From positions 46,743 through 110,742 of the forward strand of contig JAAOMT010000312.1 in assembly GCA_016748015.1 (NCBI GenBank): DNA of 64,000 nucleotides, in the 5' to 3' direction. Below the pieces are notes generated by a model that was not told where the DNA came from, ran no database searches, and worked only from the letters and a program-made list of their open reading frames with translations. Both the position numbers and the translations under genes were made by a program. Positions 25,813-37,267 of the stretch are shown here, one piece after another. How positions within the stretch are numbered: the first letter of the stretch is position 1; each line of letters starts with the position of its first letter. This DNA comes from Geosiphon pyriformis uo1 (Eukaryota > Fungi > Glomeromycota).

Positions 25813-27197
25813 GGATCCCAGAAATTATAACAACCTTAAAAACTATTTGGAGACTCTTACCATACCAAAAAATTGGTCTCCAAGTGAAAAACATCAATTA
25901 CAACACCAATTCAAACAATATTTTATACATTACAACAAAATCTATTATAAAAATTGTAAAAACCCAAACCAACCACTCAAACTAGTATAAAAAAATGAAA
26001 AAGAAACAATCCTATACAACATGCATACAGATTTATCTTCAGCACACTTGGGAAGAGATAGAACAATTCAAAAAACTCTTGAACATTATTTTTGGCCTCA
26101 CATACAAAAAAACATTTGACAATATGTAGAATCTTGTGATAGTTGTCAAAGAAGAGAAGGAACTTGTCCCACAGAATCTTTAAATCCAATCAAAGTTGGA
26201 CAACCTTTTGACAGAGTTGGAATTGATTTAGTCGAATCATTACCTATTACAACCCAAGGAAATTGTTATATTATAGTGGCAGTAGATTATCTCACCAAAT
26301 GGCCTGAAGCTAGAACCATCCAAAGAACAGATACAAAATCAATAACAAATTTCATCTATAAAGACATTATTTGTAGGCATAAATGCCCAATTGAACTTTT
26401 ATTTGATCAAGGAACACATTTTGTGAACAATTTGATACAAAAAATTTGTGAACAATTCAATATCAAAAGACTTTTATCATCACTTTATCACCTCTAAACA
26501 AATGGACTTGTAGAATGTTTTAACAAAACATTGTGTGAATCTTTAGCCAAAGTCTCAACAGATTTTGAGCAGGAATGGGATATCTTTATTTTATCAGTAT
26601 TACTAGTATACAAAACACTAAATCAAGATACTATGAAACACATACCATTTGATTTTACTTATAGAAGAACAGCAACATTACCAATTAATTTCACAGTGAA
26701 AACATATTTAGTACAACCAATCAATGAAGAAAACTTCCAAGAAACACTCTAAAAAAGAGCCTACACTCTTCTTAATATATTAGAAGGAAAGAAACACATA
26801 GCAGTCACTCATATTGAACACTCTCAAACCCTACAAAAAGAAAGACATGACAACAAATTGCCACCAGTTACCAACGAATTTAAAGTTGGAAACAAAGTTC
26901 TCTTACACAGAACTAAGGCTGAAAAACAATAGAGTAGAAAATTTGAACATAAATGGAATGGACCATTTTATATTTACAAAATTCTAGGCAATAGATTATA
27001 CAAGTTAAGACTTGATGACAAAGTACTGGCAAAAGTTGCACATGGAGATAGACTAAAACACTATCATTTCAAAAACAATCCTGAACCATTAATTCTACAA
27101 ATTGGTACATATTTCTTTTTAGTTAATCCTGAAGATATTCTCCAAAATTTAGAACCAATAGTTATAATAGAACAACAATCAAACTTGAACACTTAAT
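25813..27197 (+). pseudogene. Integrase of element A
   Basis: MHTDLSSAHLG...CDSCQ; VGIDLV; VDYLTKWPEA; DQGTHF; KWNGPFY; no chromodomain. Confidence 0.88.
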
Positions 27198-27431
27198 TTA
27201 ACATTTTTAATAAAATCTCTTCTAAAAATACAAACATAAAAACAAAAATAGTAAATAATTACAAGAAACACTCAAACCCAAAAACAAATAAAAACCCTAT
27301 ACCCAAAAATAATTTCTTTATTCTTTTTATTTAGTTAATTTTATTATGATTATTCTCCAAAATATCCAACAAATATTCCAAAAATTAATGTTAGCCTTGA
27401 AAACACTTTCTAACTTATCCATAACAATTAA

Positions 27432-28020
27432 TGGAAGTCAAATTAATTACATTTAGAAAAAAACCACAGCCCTAGTAGTAAATAATTCTCAGAACTATTA
27501 CTCCTATAAAAAAAACAAGAGGTCACTCTGAAAATAGGTTACCAGAACTTTTGAAGCAAGCACTGAAAAAAAACCTTCTAATTGCTCCTATCAACATTCT
27601 ACCAAATATCACAATTTAACAAAAACTTCTACTATTCCTTAATGAACAAAACAATAAACATACTCTTATATATAGATATTTTCATATTGGAAAAACACTT
27701 TATGAACGAAAACTGGAACTTGAAGCAACCAACATTACTCCTGAGACTATACAAAAACAAATTTACAATGAATTCAAGACAGCAGCTGGACTAACAAACA
27801 CTCACTACAAACTTAAAACAGCATTTAGACTCTATAATTTATTCAATACTTGTGAAAACATCCTACAAAATCCAATACTCCATCCAATAAAGATTCAATA
27901 CATTAGAAAACTTACAGAACTGAAATTTCAACAATTTTCAAACCAGATTACTTCAATTATCTTGGACTACTATCTTAACATTACAGATAGTACTTGAACT
28001 TCAATAGAGCTCAGTCTTAA
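27432..28020 (+). pseudogene. Extra 3' ORF of element A (unknown function)
   Basis: ATG 27432; decayed frame ending ...TAFRLYNLFNTCENILQNPILHPIKIQYIRKLTELKFQQF... at the PPT; homolog at 38205-38810 (minus). Confidence 0.55.
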
Positions 28021-28031
28021 GGAGAAGATTA

Positions 28032-29004
28032 TGTTACCAGTAGAATTTAGCTATTAATTAACATGAAATTACCCTCATAATTCCTATTATTAATTAGCAT
28101 ACATTATTATTTATTTTAATTATCACTTATTATTTAATCAAATTATCAAATATCATTACTCAATTAATAATCTGATTTGTACTCTAGAAATTAAGATGAT
28201 CAAATTACACAATATCTTGAACCATTTAACATAGTTAAAATTCGCCGAAATCAATGGAAATTGGCCAAAATAATTAATAGTTCAGTAAAATAACTTGTAG
28301 TTTGCCAAAATGTATCTTTAGTTCACCCAAATTGTAACAAAGAGAAAAGTGCAAGTTCAAAGTCTAGTACTACAGCAAGTTGTATAAAAAAAAAGCTTCT
28401 CTCTTTAAAAAAATGTATTTTCTCATAGTATCTTATCATAGTACTTTACTTTAGATATCTTAATTGAAACAAATCACTTTTTTATACATTCAAATAAAAA
28501 TTAAAATATTTAAAAACCAAATCCTTAAATTATTACACTTGAAATTTCCTCAACACAACTAATATTTTAAAATTTATTAGCTACCAATTTCAATAATCTG
28601 TTAGTGATTCCAGGTCTGGATAAAAAACGTTTCTCTTAACACAATTCTATTTCTTTTACATTTCTTTTATTTTTTTTTTATTTTCTTATTATAATCATTA
28701 GGGTAGCCTACAGACGAGATTCCTGTAGAAGAGTTGACTTTCACAGCAAAGTAACTATACATTTTTAGTGAACTTCCAGACAAGCAATTTCTGAGAAAGA
28801 GTTAACATTTACTACAATATAATTATACAAAGTAACTGGCAAGAAATTGGCCATTTTACTTATAAGTCCAGCAATTCAAATTATAGGAGATAATTTAGAG
28901 ATAATTTTAGTTACTGGAGGTTCAACTACTTCTTGAAAATGTGAATTCACAGCAAATCAACATTAACAACATTCAAGAAAAGAGACCAAAAACCTCTGGT
29001 AACA
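28032..29004 (+). repeat. 3' LTR of element A
   Basis: Direct repeat of 7280-8251, preceded by purine-rich aaggagaaga. Confidence 0.93.
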
Positions 29005-29075
29005 ATAGTTATACTATAATTAATTTTTACAGTTTTTTAGATTAAGCAATAATATAAAAAATTCTTTAATTTTAA

Positions 29076-32000
29076 TGTAAAGATAAGTATATTAGTCTTA
29101 ATTAACATTAATTTTGATTTATGTTAAATTTTTGTTTAATAAATTATTACTATTTTCTTATTTAAAAATCTAAAGATTAGCTTAGTGAGTTTTTCTTAAC
29201 TTCTTAGTAAGTATTAAATAATTTTCTTTGGTAAATGTTTTTGTTATTGGATTTAATATGTGGCATAATGTTTTTGTAAAAATTATTGTTAGTAGTTGCT
29301 ACTATACTAATCTTTCAAGAAAAATTTTTGTTGTATTTTTATACTTCCAATTGTGTTTTTTCTTGAAGCTCTTACAAAGATATATTTTTTATTTTATGCT
29401 AATATCAGATGTCTGTATTTTTTTGTTTGTAATAAAACAGTACCCTATTTCTAATAAATTCAAAGAGAATTAAAAATAAAAAATAGAATTCAACAAAATT
29501 AAAATTCATAAAATAATCCTGATTAAAGATTATTTTCCAAAGATATAGAGAGATTATTCTGAATTTTTAAGTTAATTAATGATTTTGGTTAAGATATTAT
29601 TACAAGTAATTTCTAAATAATTTTATGTACTTAATATTTTTTTAATGTGTTTTCAATTTTGTTAAGCTTGAGTCTTGTTTATGTTTTTGTTGATATATTA
29701 AATATTTTTACTATTGTTTTTATTTATAAAAAAACAATGATAAAAAAAGATAGTGGTCTTTTAAATTATTTGTGGAGGATCAAATTATAAAGAAAAAAGA
29801 TCTTCATTTCTATTAATCTTAATATCACTAGATATTATAATACAAAGTTTAAAGAGCACACTTTTCAGTTTTTCTTGGATTTATAATTCAATTCTTCTAA
29901 CTTTTTTTTATTTATTTTGTCTAATTAACTTTTTTTTGTTTTTTATTATTTTTTTTTGTCTGTTTTTTTATTGGTTAGAAAGCTATTATATATATACATA
30001 TTTTGAGTTATATATGATTATGTTTATTTTAATTAATTAGTAAATAATTACTAAGTTATTAAATTTTTTATTTGACTGTAAGTGCTTTTTGGCTTATTTG
30101 TTTGTAATTATATTAAATTGGATGTATTTGTATATGTTTTGCACACTATTATGTACATGTTATGTTTTTTAATTTTATTTGTTAATCTGTATTATTTATA
30201 CTATTATTTAATAATTGGTTAATATATTATAATATTATTATTTTTGATTTTTGTTAATTTTTATTGGATAATATTATTTTTCTTTTAAGATTAAGCTCTA
30301 TTAAAATTAATATGCATTTTTTCAATTTTAATATTTAATATACAGATCTGTATACTTATTTGAATTATTTATTCTTATAAGTCTTAAAATTTGTTGTTTA
30401 TAAGTCTTTTAATTTTATTAAGAATATGTTTATTTTATTTGTTAACAATACTTTTTAACAGTATTAAAACAGCATATAAAATTAATATGTTGTTCTAAAA
30501 TGGTGCTTAAAGTTGTTTTTTGTTTTGTTAATTTTCTTGCTATTTTTTTTGGTATAGATTGTTTAAAGGTCTAATTGTGCAGTTATTATAAAGTATATAT
30601 AACAAAAAAAAGCAATTAAGTTTTTTTTTTTTGAGTGTTGTATTTTTTAATAAGCTAGAATGTTTTTATAATTTTATTAATTAATGTGTTAGTGTTTTTT
30701 TATTTTTTGCAGTAAAAGTTAACATAATTTGTGTTTGAGTTATTTTTTTGCATGGCTGAATTTCTTTTTTTATATAATATTTTAGAATTATTAAAAGTAA
30801 TTTTTAATAAAAAATTATTTTATATAGTAACTGAAATAAAAGTTAAGTATTTATAATATCTTCAAATATATTTATAATAAAATAAATAAATAAATATTAA
30901 ATTAAATTATTTTTATATATAAAATTAAAAAAATTATTTAATAATTTGATGTTTCTGATTTTTCTACTATTTTTGAAATTGTTTTTGTTTTTTTTAAATA
31001 TTAATAATAATAATCCAAATATAATTAATTGGATTAATTGTTTTTTAAGTAATGTTTGATAATTACTATTGGCTTTAAGTCTTGTAAAATTTGATTAAAA
31101 AATACAATTGATATATATATTTCTAATTTGAGTGTTAATAGATCAAATAATTATTGTTAATAGTAAATTTTTAATTGGTTATTGTGTACAATTTTCTTCA
31201 AAATTTTATTTCTTAAACATAACTTATATGCTTTATTACTCAAAATATTATAGACATAAAAAGATTTATCTTATTTGTTATTAAATTTTCTACTCTATTG
31301 TTTTTCTGCTTTTGTTTAATATAATAAAACTTTGTTTCTTATTTTGTAGACAATAAGTTGTTCTAAAAGTTTGTTATTATGTTAGATTTTTTGTTGTTCT
31401 TAAGAATACTTAATATTATTAGTTGTGTATTGATGATTGTTTTTTAGTTTATTTAGCAGTTTGTAAATCTGTCTTTTAATAGTTTCTTATAAATTGTTCT
31501 TGTTTATTGGTTCTGTTAGATAGATGTTTATTATTAGTTTTATAGGTAATATAACATTTTTTTTACATATTAATTCAAATGGTATAAATTTTGAAGTGTT
31601 ATGTTTTAGTATTCAATAAGCCAATAAAATTAAGAAAATAAATAAATCTTATTTTTGTTCTATTTTATTGCTTATTTTTGCCAATAATTTGTATAATGTT
31701 TTATTAAATATTCTACCAATTCATTTGTTTATGGATGGTAAAATAACAAAAAAAATTGTTTTATCCTAAAACATTGACTGATTTCAACAAACAAATTGTT
31801 TACAAAGTGGGTTTTTTGATTTAAAAATAGCTTTTTTAGATAACTATATTTACAAATTAAATTTTTATATATAAAATTAGCAACTAATTTAGTGTCTATA
31901 GTTTTAATGGCCCTTGCTTTTGGCTATTTTGTTAAATAATTCATAATAACTGCAATGTATTGATTCCCTCTACTAGTAATAGTTAGTAATTCTACTAAAT

Positions 32001-34153
32001 TAATTCTTATTATATCAAGTAGTTTTCCTATTTTAATAGATTATAATAGTTTGGTTATTTTTAATCCTCTCCTTTTTTAATATATATTGCAATTATAAAC
32101 ATATTAAATAATATTAATATGCATTTTTAATCATTAGTACAGACTAGTTGTCTATTGAATTGTGATTTTTTTTGCAAAGTGTTTTGTATTTGGATCTGTA
32201 TGTATGTTGCAAAAAATAATTTTTTTTTTAGTTTTGGTAATTATTCGGAATAAATTATATTGGTAATATTAATATAGTATATTGTTTTCAATCAAATAAT
32301 ATTTAATTTGTTTTAAATTTTTGTTTGTTCTTTCAATAATAATTTTATTGGTAATTAAAGAATTGTAAAATAATATATTAGGTGTTGATATGTTTTGGTG
32401 TTTATTTTGATTGGATGATAAATAATTCTTGGTGGTTGTGTATTTTTTATTTGAAATAAACAGTTTGTGTTTATGTTTTTGGTGCTCTTTTTATAAATAA
32501 TGTTATATGTGTAGAATTGTAAAATAATAACCCATCTGGTATAAAGTTTTTCCAAAAAAGTTTTTGTTTATCAACCAAGTAAGTTTTTTGTGATCTGTAA
32601 TAATATTAAATAGATCATGTATTAAATATTGTCTAAAATATTTTATGGCTCATATAATTACAAAATATTCTATTTTATAAGCTGTGTAGCTTTTTTTAGC
32701 TATGTTTAGAATTTTGGTAATATATGTAAATATGTGTTTTTTTTATCTTGTTGTGATAATACAGTACCTAGACTTGTTTTAGAGACATCAGTTGTAAGTA
32801 CAAATTTTTTGGTAAAATCGGAATATACTAAGATGAGAACTTTAATAAGCTTTTATTTTAAGTAATTAAATATTTATTCTTGTTTTTTACTTTATTTTTG
32901 TTTTGTATTTTTAGCTAATAATTGATTTAATAGTTAAGCTACTATTGAAAAGTTTTTGATGAACCTTCAGTAATATAAGACAAGTCTTAATAATTCTCAA
33001 AGTTCAGTCAAATTCTAAGGACAAGAAAAATTTTTAACTCTCTTAATTTTTACAGAGTTGGGTTTTATTCTATTTTTTTAATAATATGCCTTAAAAAAAT
33101 GAATTGTGATTTTCTAAAAAAGCATTTTTCGAGATTAAGTTTCAGTTTAACAGCCCAAAGTTTTTTAAAAACTTGTTGTAAATATTTAAGATGCTTCTTA
33201 AATATTGGCAAAAACATATTTATGTTGTTTAAATAAACCATTATAGATTTTTACAAAATTCCAGAATAAACAACATTTATTAATTATTGAAATGTTACAA
33301 AGTATTGGGTAATCTAAATAGCATTATATTAAATTTGTAATTGCTATTTTGAATTGTAAAAGTAGTTTTTTTTCAATTGTTAAGATTCTTAACTATTTGC
33401 CAATATCTACTAGCAAAATTTAGAGTTAAGAACTATTTAAATTTTTTTAGAGTATCTAAAATTTTATTAATTTATAGTAAGAAATAAATATTTTTTTAAT
33501 AACATTATTAAGTTTCTTATAGTTGATACAAAATTAGATTTTCTTATTTTTTTTTATACTAAAACAACAAATAAAAACTATAAGCTTATAAAAAATTGTA
33601 TAAATCTGTTTTTTAATATTCAATTAACTTTTTTTTTTATAAAATTATGTTTGGATAGTAGTACTTAGTAGGCATATTGTTTAATAGATAATCTATTTTT
33701 TGTATAAATCTAATAATAAACCAAGTTGGTTCATTCAAACTTATTTTTTTTGGCCAAAATGTCGAAGTATTTTAAGATAAGTGTTTTTAATTGTTTTTGT
33801 TATAAAGAGTCTAATAATCTAAAATTGAGCTTAATTAACTCTTTACTAATTATTTGGTAGTATTCAATACTTGGTTTTAACAAAATTAATTTAGTTTTAT
33901 AATATAACACTAACTGAAGAAAGTTAAAGATTTCTTGGGATTTATATTAATTAATAATATCTGTGCTCAAATATTTTAGGACCATATTCTTAGGTAAGTA
34001 TATTGTTTGTTTGAATAAGTTGTGAATAGGTATTTTAATTTACAGATAATTATAACATAATATATACAAATTAGTAAGATTAATTGGAAATTATTCACAA
34101 AAAAAAGCATGTGGTTCAAATAAAAGATCTTTTTTTGTTGCTTTTTTGTATGT
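29076..34153 (-). mobile_element. Highly decayed Gypsy element (family D): 3' LTR 29076-30272, 3' region, IN, RH, RT; 5' part cut by LTR at 34154
   Basis: Minus: FASRYWQI...KTTFTIQNSNYKFNIMLFRL (~33300-33420), FVLTTDVSKTSLGTVLSQ (~32760-32810), integrase motifs ~31500-32100, PPT at ~30273-30295. Confidence 0.75.
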
Positions 34154-34600
34154 TGTTACTCATAGAAATTAAAAATTATAATAAACAGATAAAATAGCCA
34201 ATCAGAAATAGGTATAGTAAAAAAAAAATTAAAAGATTTTAAAGAATTTTATATAACATAAATTATATATATATAATGAAAGTATTAAAAACAGAAAAAG
34301 TATAAAAAAAAAGATAATTCAGTTCAGAACAACACTATTTTTCTCTTCAAAAAATAGTTTTTTATAACTTAAAGTAAAATTATACTTATATTAATAAAAC
34401 ATCTATTATTATCCAAATCCATATTACTATTATTTAATTAAAAAAATATTAATTTATTTTACACTATTAACACTCCATGTTGATAAATCCAATATTTAAT
34501 TACACTGAACCAATAATTCTTAATTACAGCTATTAATAAAATACTAATTTATTTTTTTATTTTTTTATTTTATTTTATTTTATTTTTTTGTTGTTTATGA
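34154..34600 (+). repeat. Partial B-like LTR
   Basis: Starts TGTTACTCATAG with agccaatcag box; cut at 34601 by another LTR. Confidence 0.65.
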
Positions 34601-37267
34601 TGTTACAAGTAATTATTTGGGGTGTTGATACAAATAACAAACTCATAACTTAATGCTTAATAGCTGGATAATATTGGTAATATCTAAAAATTTGGTAATT
34701 TGAAGGTTTTGGTTAAGTTTTTTGTATAATAAACAGAGATTCAATGGTTGTTTTAATAGTCTTCCAGAATAGTTATTTTGTCAAATTTTTTTCTTTAGTG
34801 TGATAACTGGTTTATTTTGGCAGTTATGCCCTTTTGATAAGTTATTTTCAGTTTTTGAATTCTTTACCCTTATTTCTAGATCTTTTATGAAGCTATTCTT
34901 GATGTCAAAATACTCAATATTTAATTCTTGTAATCAATTTAGTAAACAGCAAAGAAATAAAACAAAGAAAATAAAAAAAATTAGTATCCTATCAATAGTT
35001 ATGATCAAAAGTTATTGGTCTAATGTAGTTAAGTATTAGATTCTATTAACATGAAGTGTTGATAGAATAAAGATGATTAATATTCTTTAATTAAATAATG
35101 ATAACATAAATTCAAGTGATAATTGATATTTTATTAATGTGTAATTTGATTCCACTACAAATTGTAAAAAACTATATTTTAAAGGAAAGAGTATAAAATA
35201 ATTAATTTAATAATAGATATTAATTCTAAACTAGATTCTTGTATCAATTCTTAGATAGATTTTTTAATAAATTTTTTAATAAATTTTCTAATAAATTCTG
35301 TTTTTTTTGCTTTTAATACTCTTGCTATATATATATATTTCTTTGTTTTATGAGATTTCATATTTTTCTGAGCAATGTGTTCTAATTTACTAATATTACT
35401 TACATTGCTAAGCAGTATGCTCTAATTTACTAATATTGTTTATATTACTAAGCAGTATATCATAATTCACTAGCAATATACATATTGTTAAGCAATATGT
35501 TATAGTTTTTTAATATTGTGTTCACATGTTAAATACTATTATCTTATTAATCTATTTTCTTATCTGTTTTTCTGGCTTTCTTTTTTTGTATTTTTTTATA
35601 AGTAATATTATTTCTTCCTTTTAATATTGAGCTCTATTAAAATTTTTACTTTAAATTAAATTTATTACTTTTTTTTTAATATTGTTTGTTTAATTCTGTT
35701 TTTTATCTTTTTATATTAAGAGTTGTTTATTTTTTCTTACTGGTTAATGATTATTGTTTTCATTTCTCTGCATCAATATTATGCATTATTACAGGTGATT
35801 ATTTGGGGTCTCAAAGCAAATAACAAATCCATAACTTGGTGCTCAATTGATATAATGATTGGTTTCTAAAGATTTTGGTTATCTAAAAGTTTTGGTTAAG
35901 TCTTTTGTATAATAGACAAAACTTCAATAGTGTTTTAGTAGCCTCTTAAAATCACAATTCCAATTTTTTTCTCAGCATAATGGCTGGTAATTTGGCACAG
36001 ATGCCCTTTTGGTAAGCTATCCTTAAATTATTAAACTTTATACCTTTCCTTTGGGGTCTTTTATCAGGCTATCCTTGACGTTAATTACTCAGTGCTTAAT
36101 TTTTTTAATCAGTAATAAATCAACAAACAAAAGAAAATAAAAAAAAAATAAAAAATTAGTATCCTGTCAATAGTCGTGATCAAGAACTATTGTTCTAATG
36201 TAATTAAATGTTGATTTTATCAACATAAAGTGTTGATAAATGAAAGAGTGATTAGATTTTTAAACAAATAACAATAACATAGATTTGAAAAATTGAAGAG
36301 ATATTTTATTTATATAATTTTATTTCGGTTGATAGCAACTATTCTTAAAATGAGAGTTAATAAATAGAGAAGAAAGGGGATTATTCTAAATTAATAAAAC
36401 TTTATTGAATTCTCCAGAAATTCTTGAATTTTCTTGGAATTGCTTTTTTTGTTTTTATTATTTTCACTATAAATATATAATTTATGTTATATGAGATTCC
36501 TTGAATTCCTTAATTTTCTAGCCAAGAATCCTGAAATTCCTGGAATCTTGCAATTCCTTATACAGAAATCCTGTAATTCTGGAATTCTGCAATTTTTTTA
36601 AGAGAAATTCTGGAATTCCACTTTTATTATGTCTATTCTGATTGGCTAATTTATGTACTAATATTTAATTCCTATATTCTATGAGTAATAGCATGTATTT
36701 TGGCATAATATTTTTATTATTATTGCTGAACTATTTTAGTTCCTGTTTTTTTAATAGATCTAAAAGTGCAATATATTGTTTGGGGTTGTAATTAGAGTTT
36801 AAATTATTGTTGTTGTTCATAATAAATGTAGTTAAAACTATTGTTGTCATTATTATTAGAGTCTAAATCAGAATTAAACTTTAATTTTGGTTCTGATGCA
36901 CATTTGCTAATTGGTTTTTCTTCTTTGGGAATCAAATAGATCATGCATAGTAGTGGCTTGTAAATAAAATTACAATTATTACAATAATTAAAGTTACTGG
37001 AAATTAGGCAATGTTTATATAGTCTTGCATTTAACTGTTCCAAATGCTGCTCTTGCTCTTTTTTAGTAAGTACTAAGTCTTGGTAGTGTTTGTGAAATTG
37101 TTCTGGATCACTTAGAATATCAAAAAATATATTTGGATTTAAAATAAAAATAGTTTCAACTGGTTCTGGTAAGTTGTTTTTAATCATTAATATTTTACTG
37201 GGTGAAGTATTTTCAACTTTGACACTTGTTATTTACTAGATTTTGTCTTTATTGTGTGGATAATCAT
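34601..37267 (-). mobile_element. Internally deleted Gypsy element 'E': 3' LTR 34601-35607, PPT, joined directly to Cys-rich/dUTPase-start region
   Basis: PPT gagctcaatattaaaaggaagaaataa before LTR. ORF 36804-37187 homologous to ORF 19133 of B. Frame reaches ..MHNIDA (dUTPase motif 1) then jumps to the 3' end. Confidence 0.72.
35787..36690 (-). mobile_element. Solo LTR (B-like) inserted in element E
   Basis: Perfect 4-bp TSD GCAT; GAATTC-rich array at 36500-36620. Confidence 0.88.

Larger units (their letters stand above)
7280..29004 (+). mobile_element. Full-length decayed Ty3/Gypsy LTR retrotransposon 'A' with dUTPase, interrupted by nested element B
   Basis: Direct ~970-bp LTRs 7280-8251 and 28032-29004 (TGTTACC...GTAACA), PBS 8254, PPT just before 28032, domain order gag-PR-dUTPase-RT-RH-IN. 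Probable 4-bp TSD gtgg/atag (two G>A). Confidence 0.92.

Noticed and set aside
35370-35520. 40-bp periodic repeats as a CRISPR-like array
   Set aside because: Contiguous tandem units with no unique spacers, inside a eukaryotic LTR; no cas genes.
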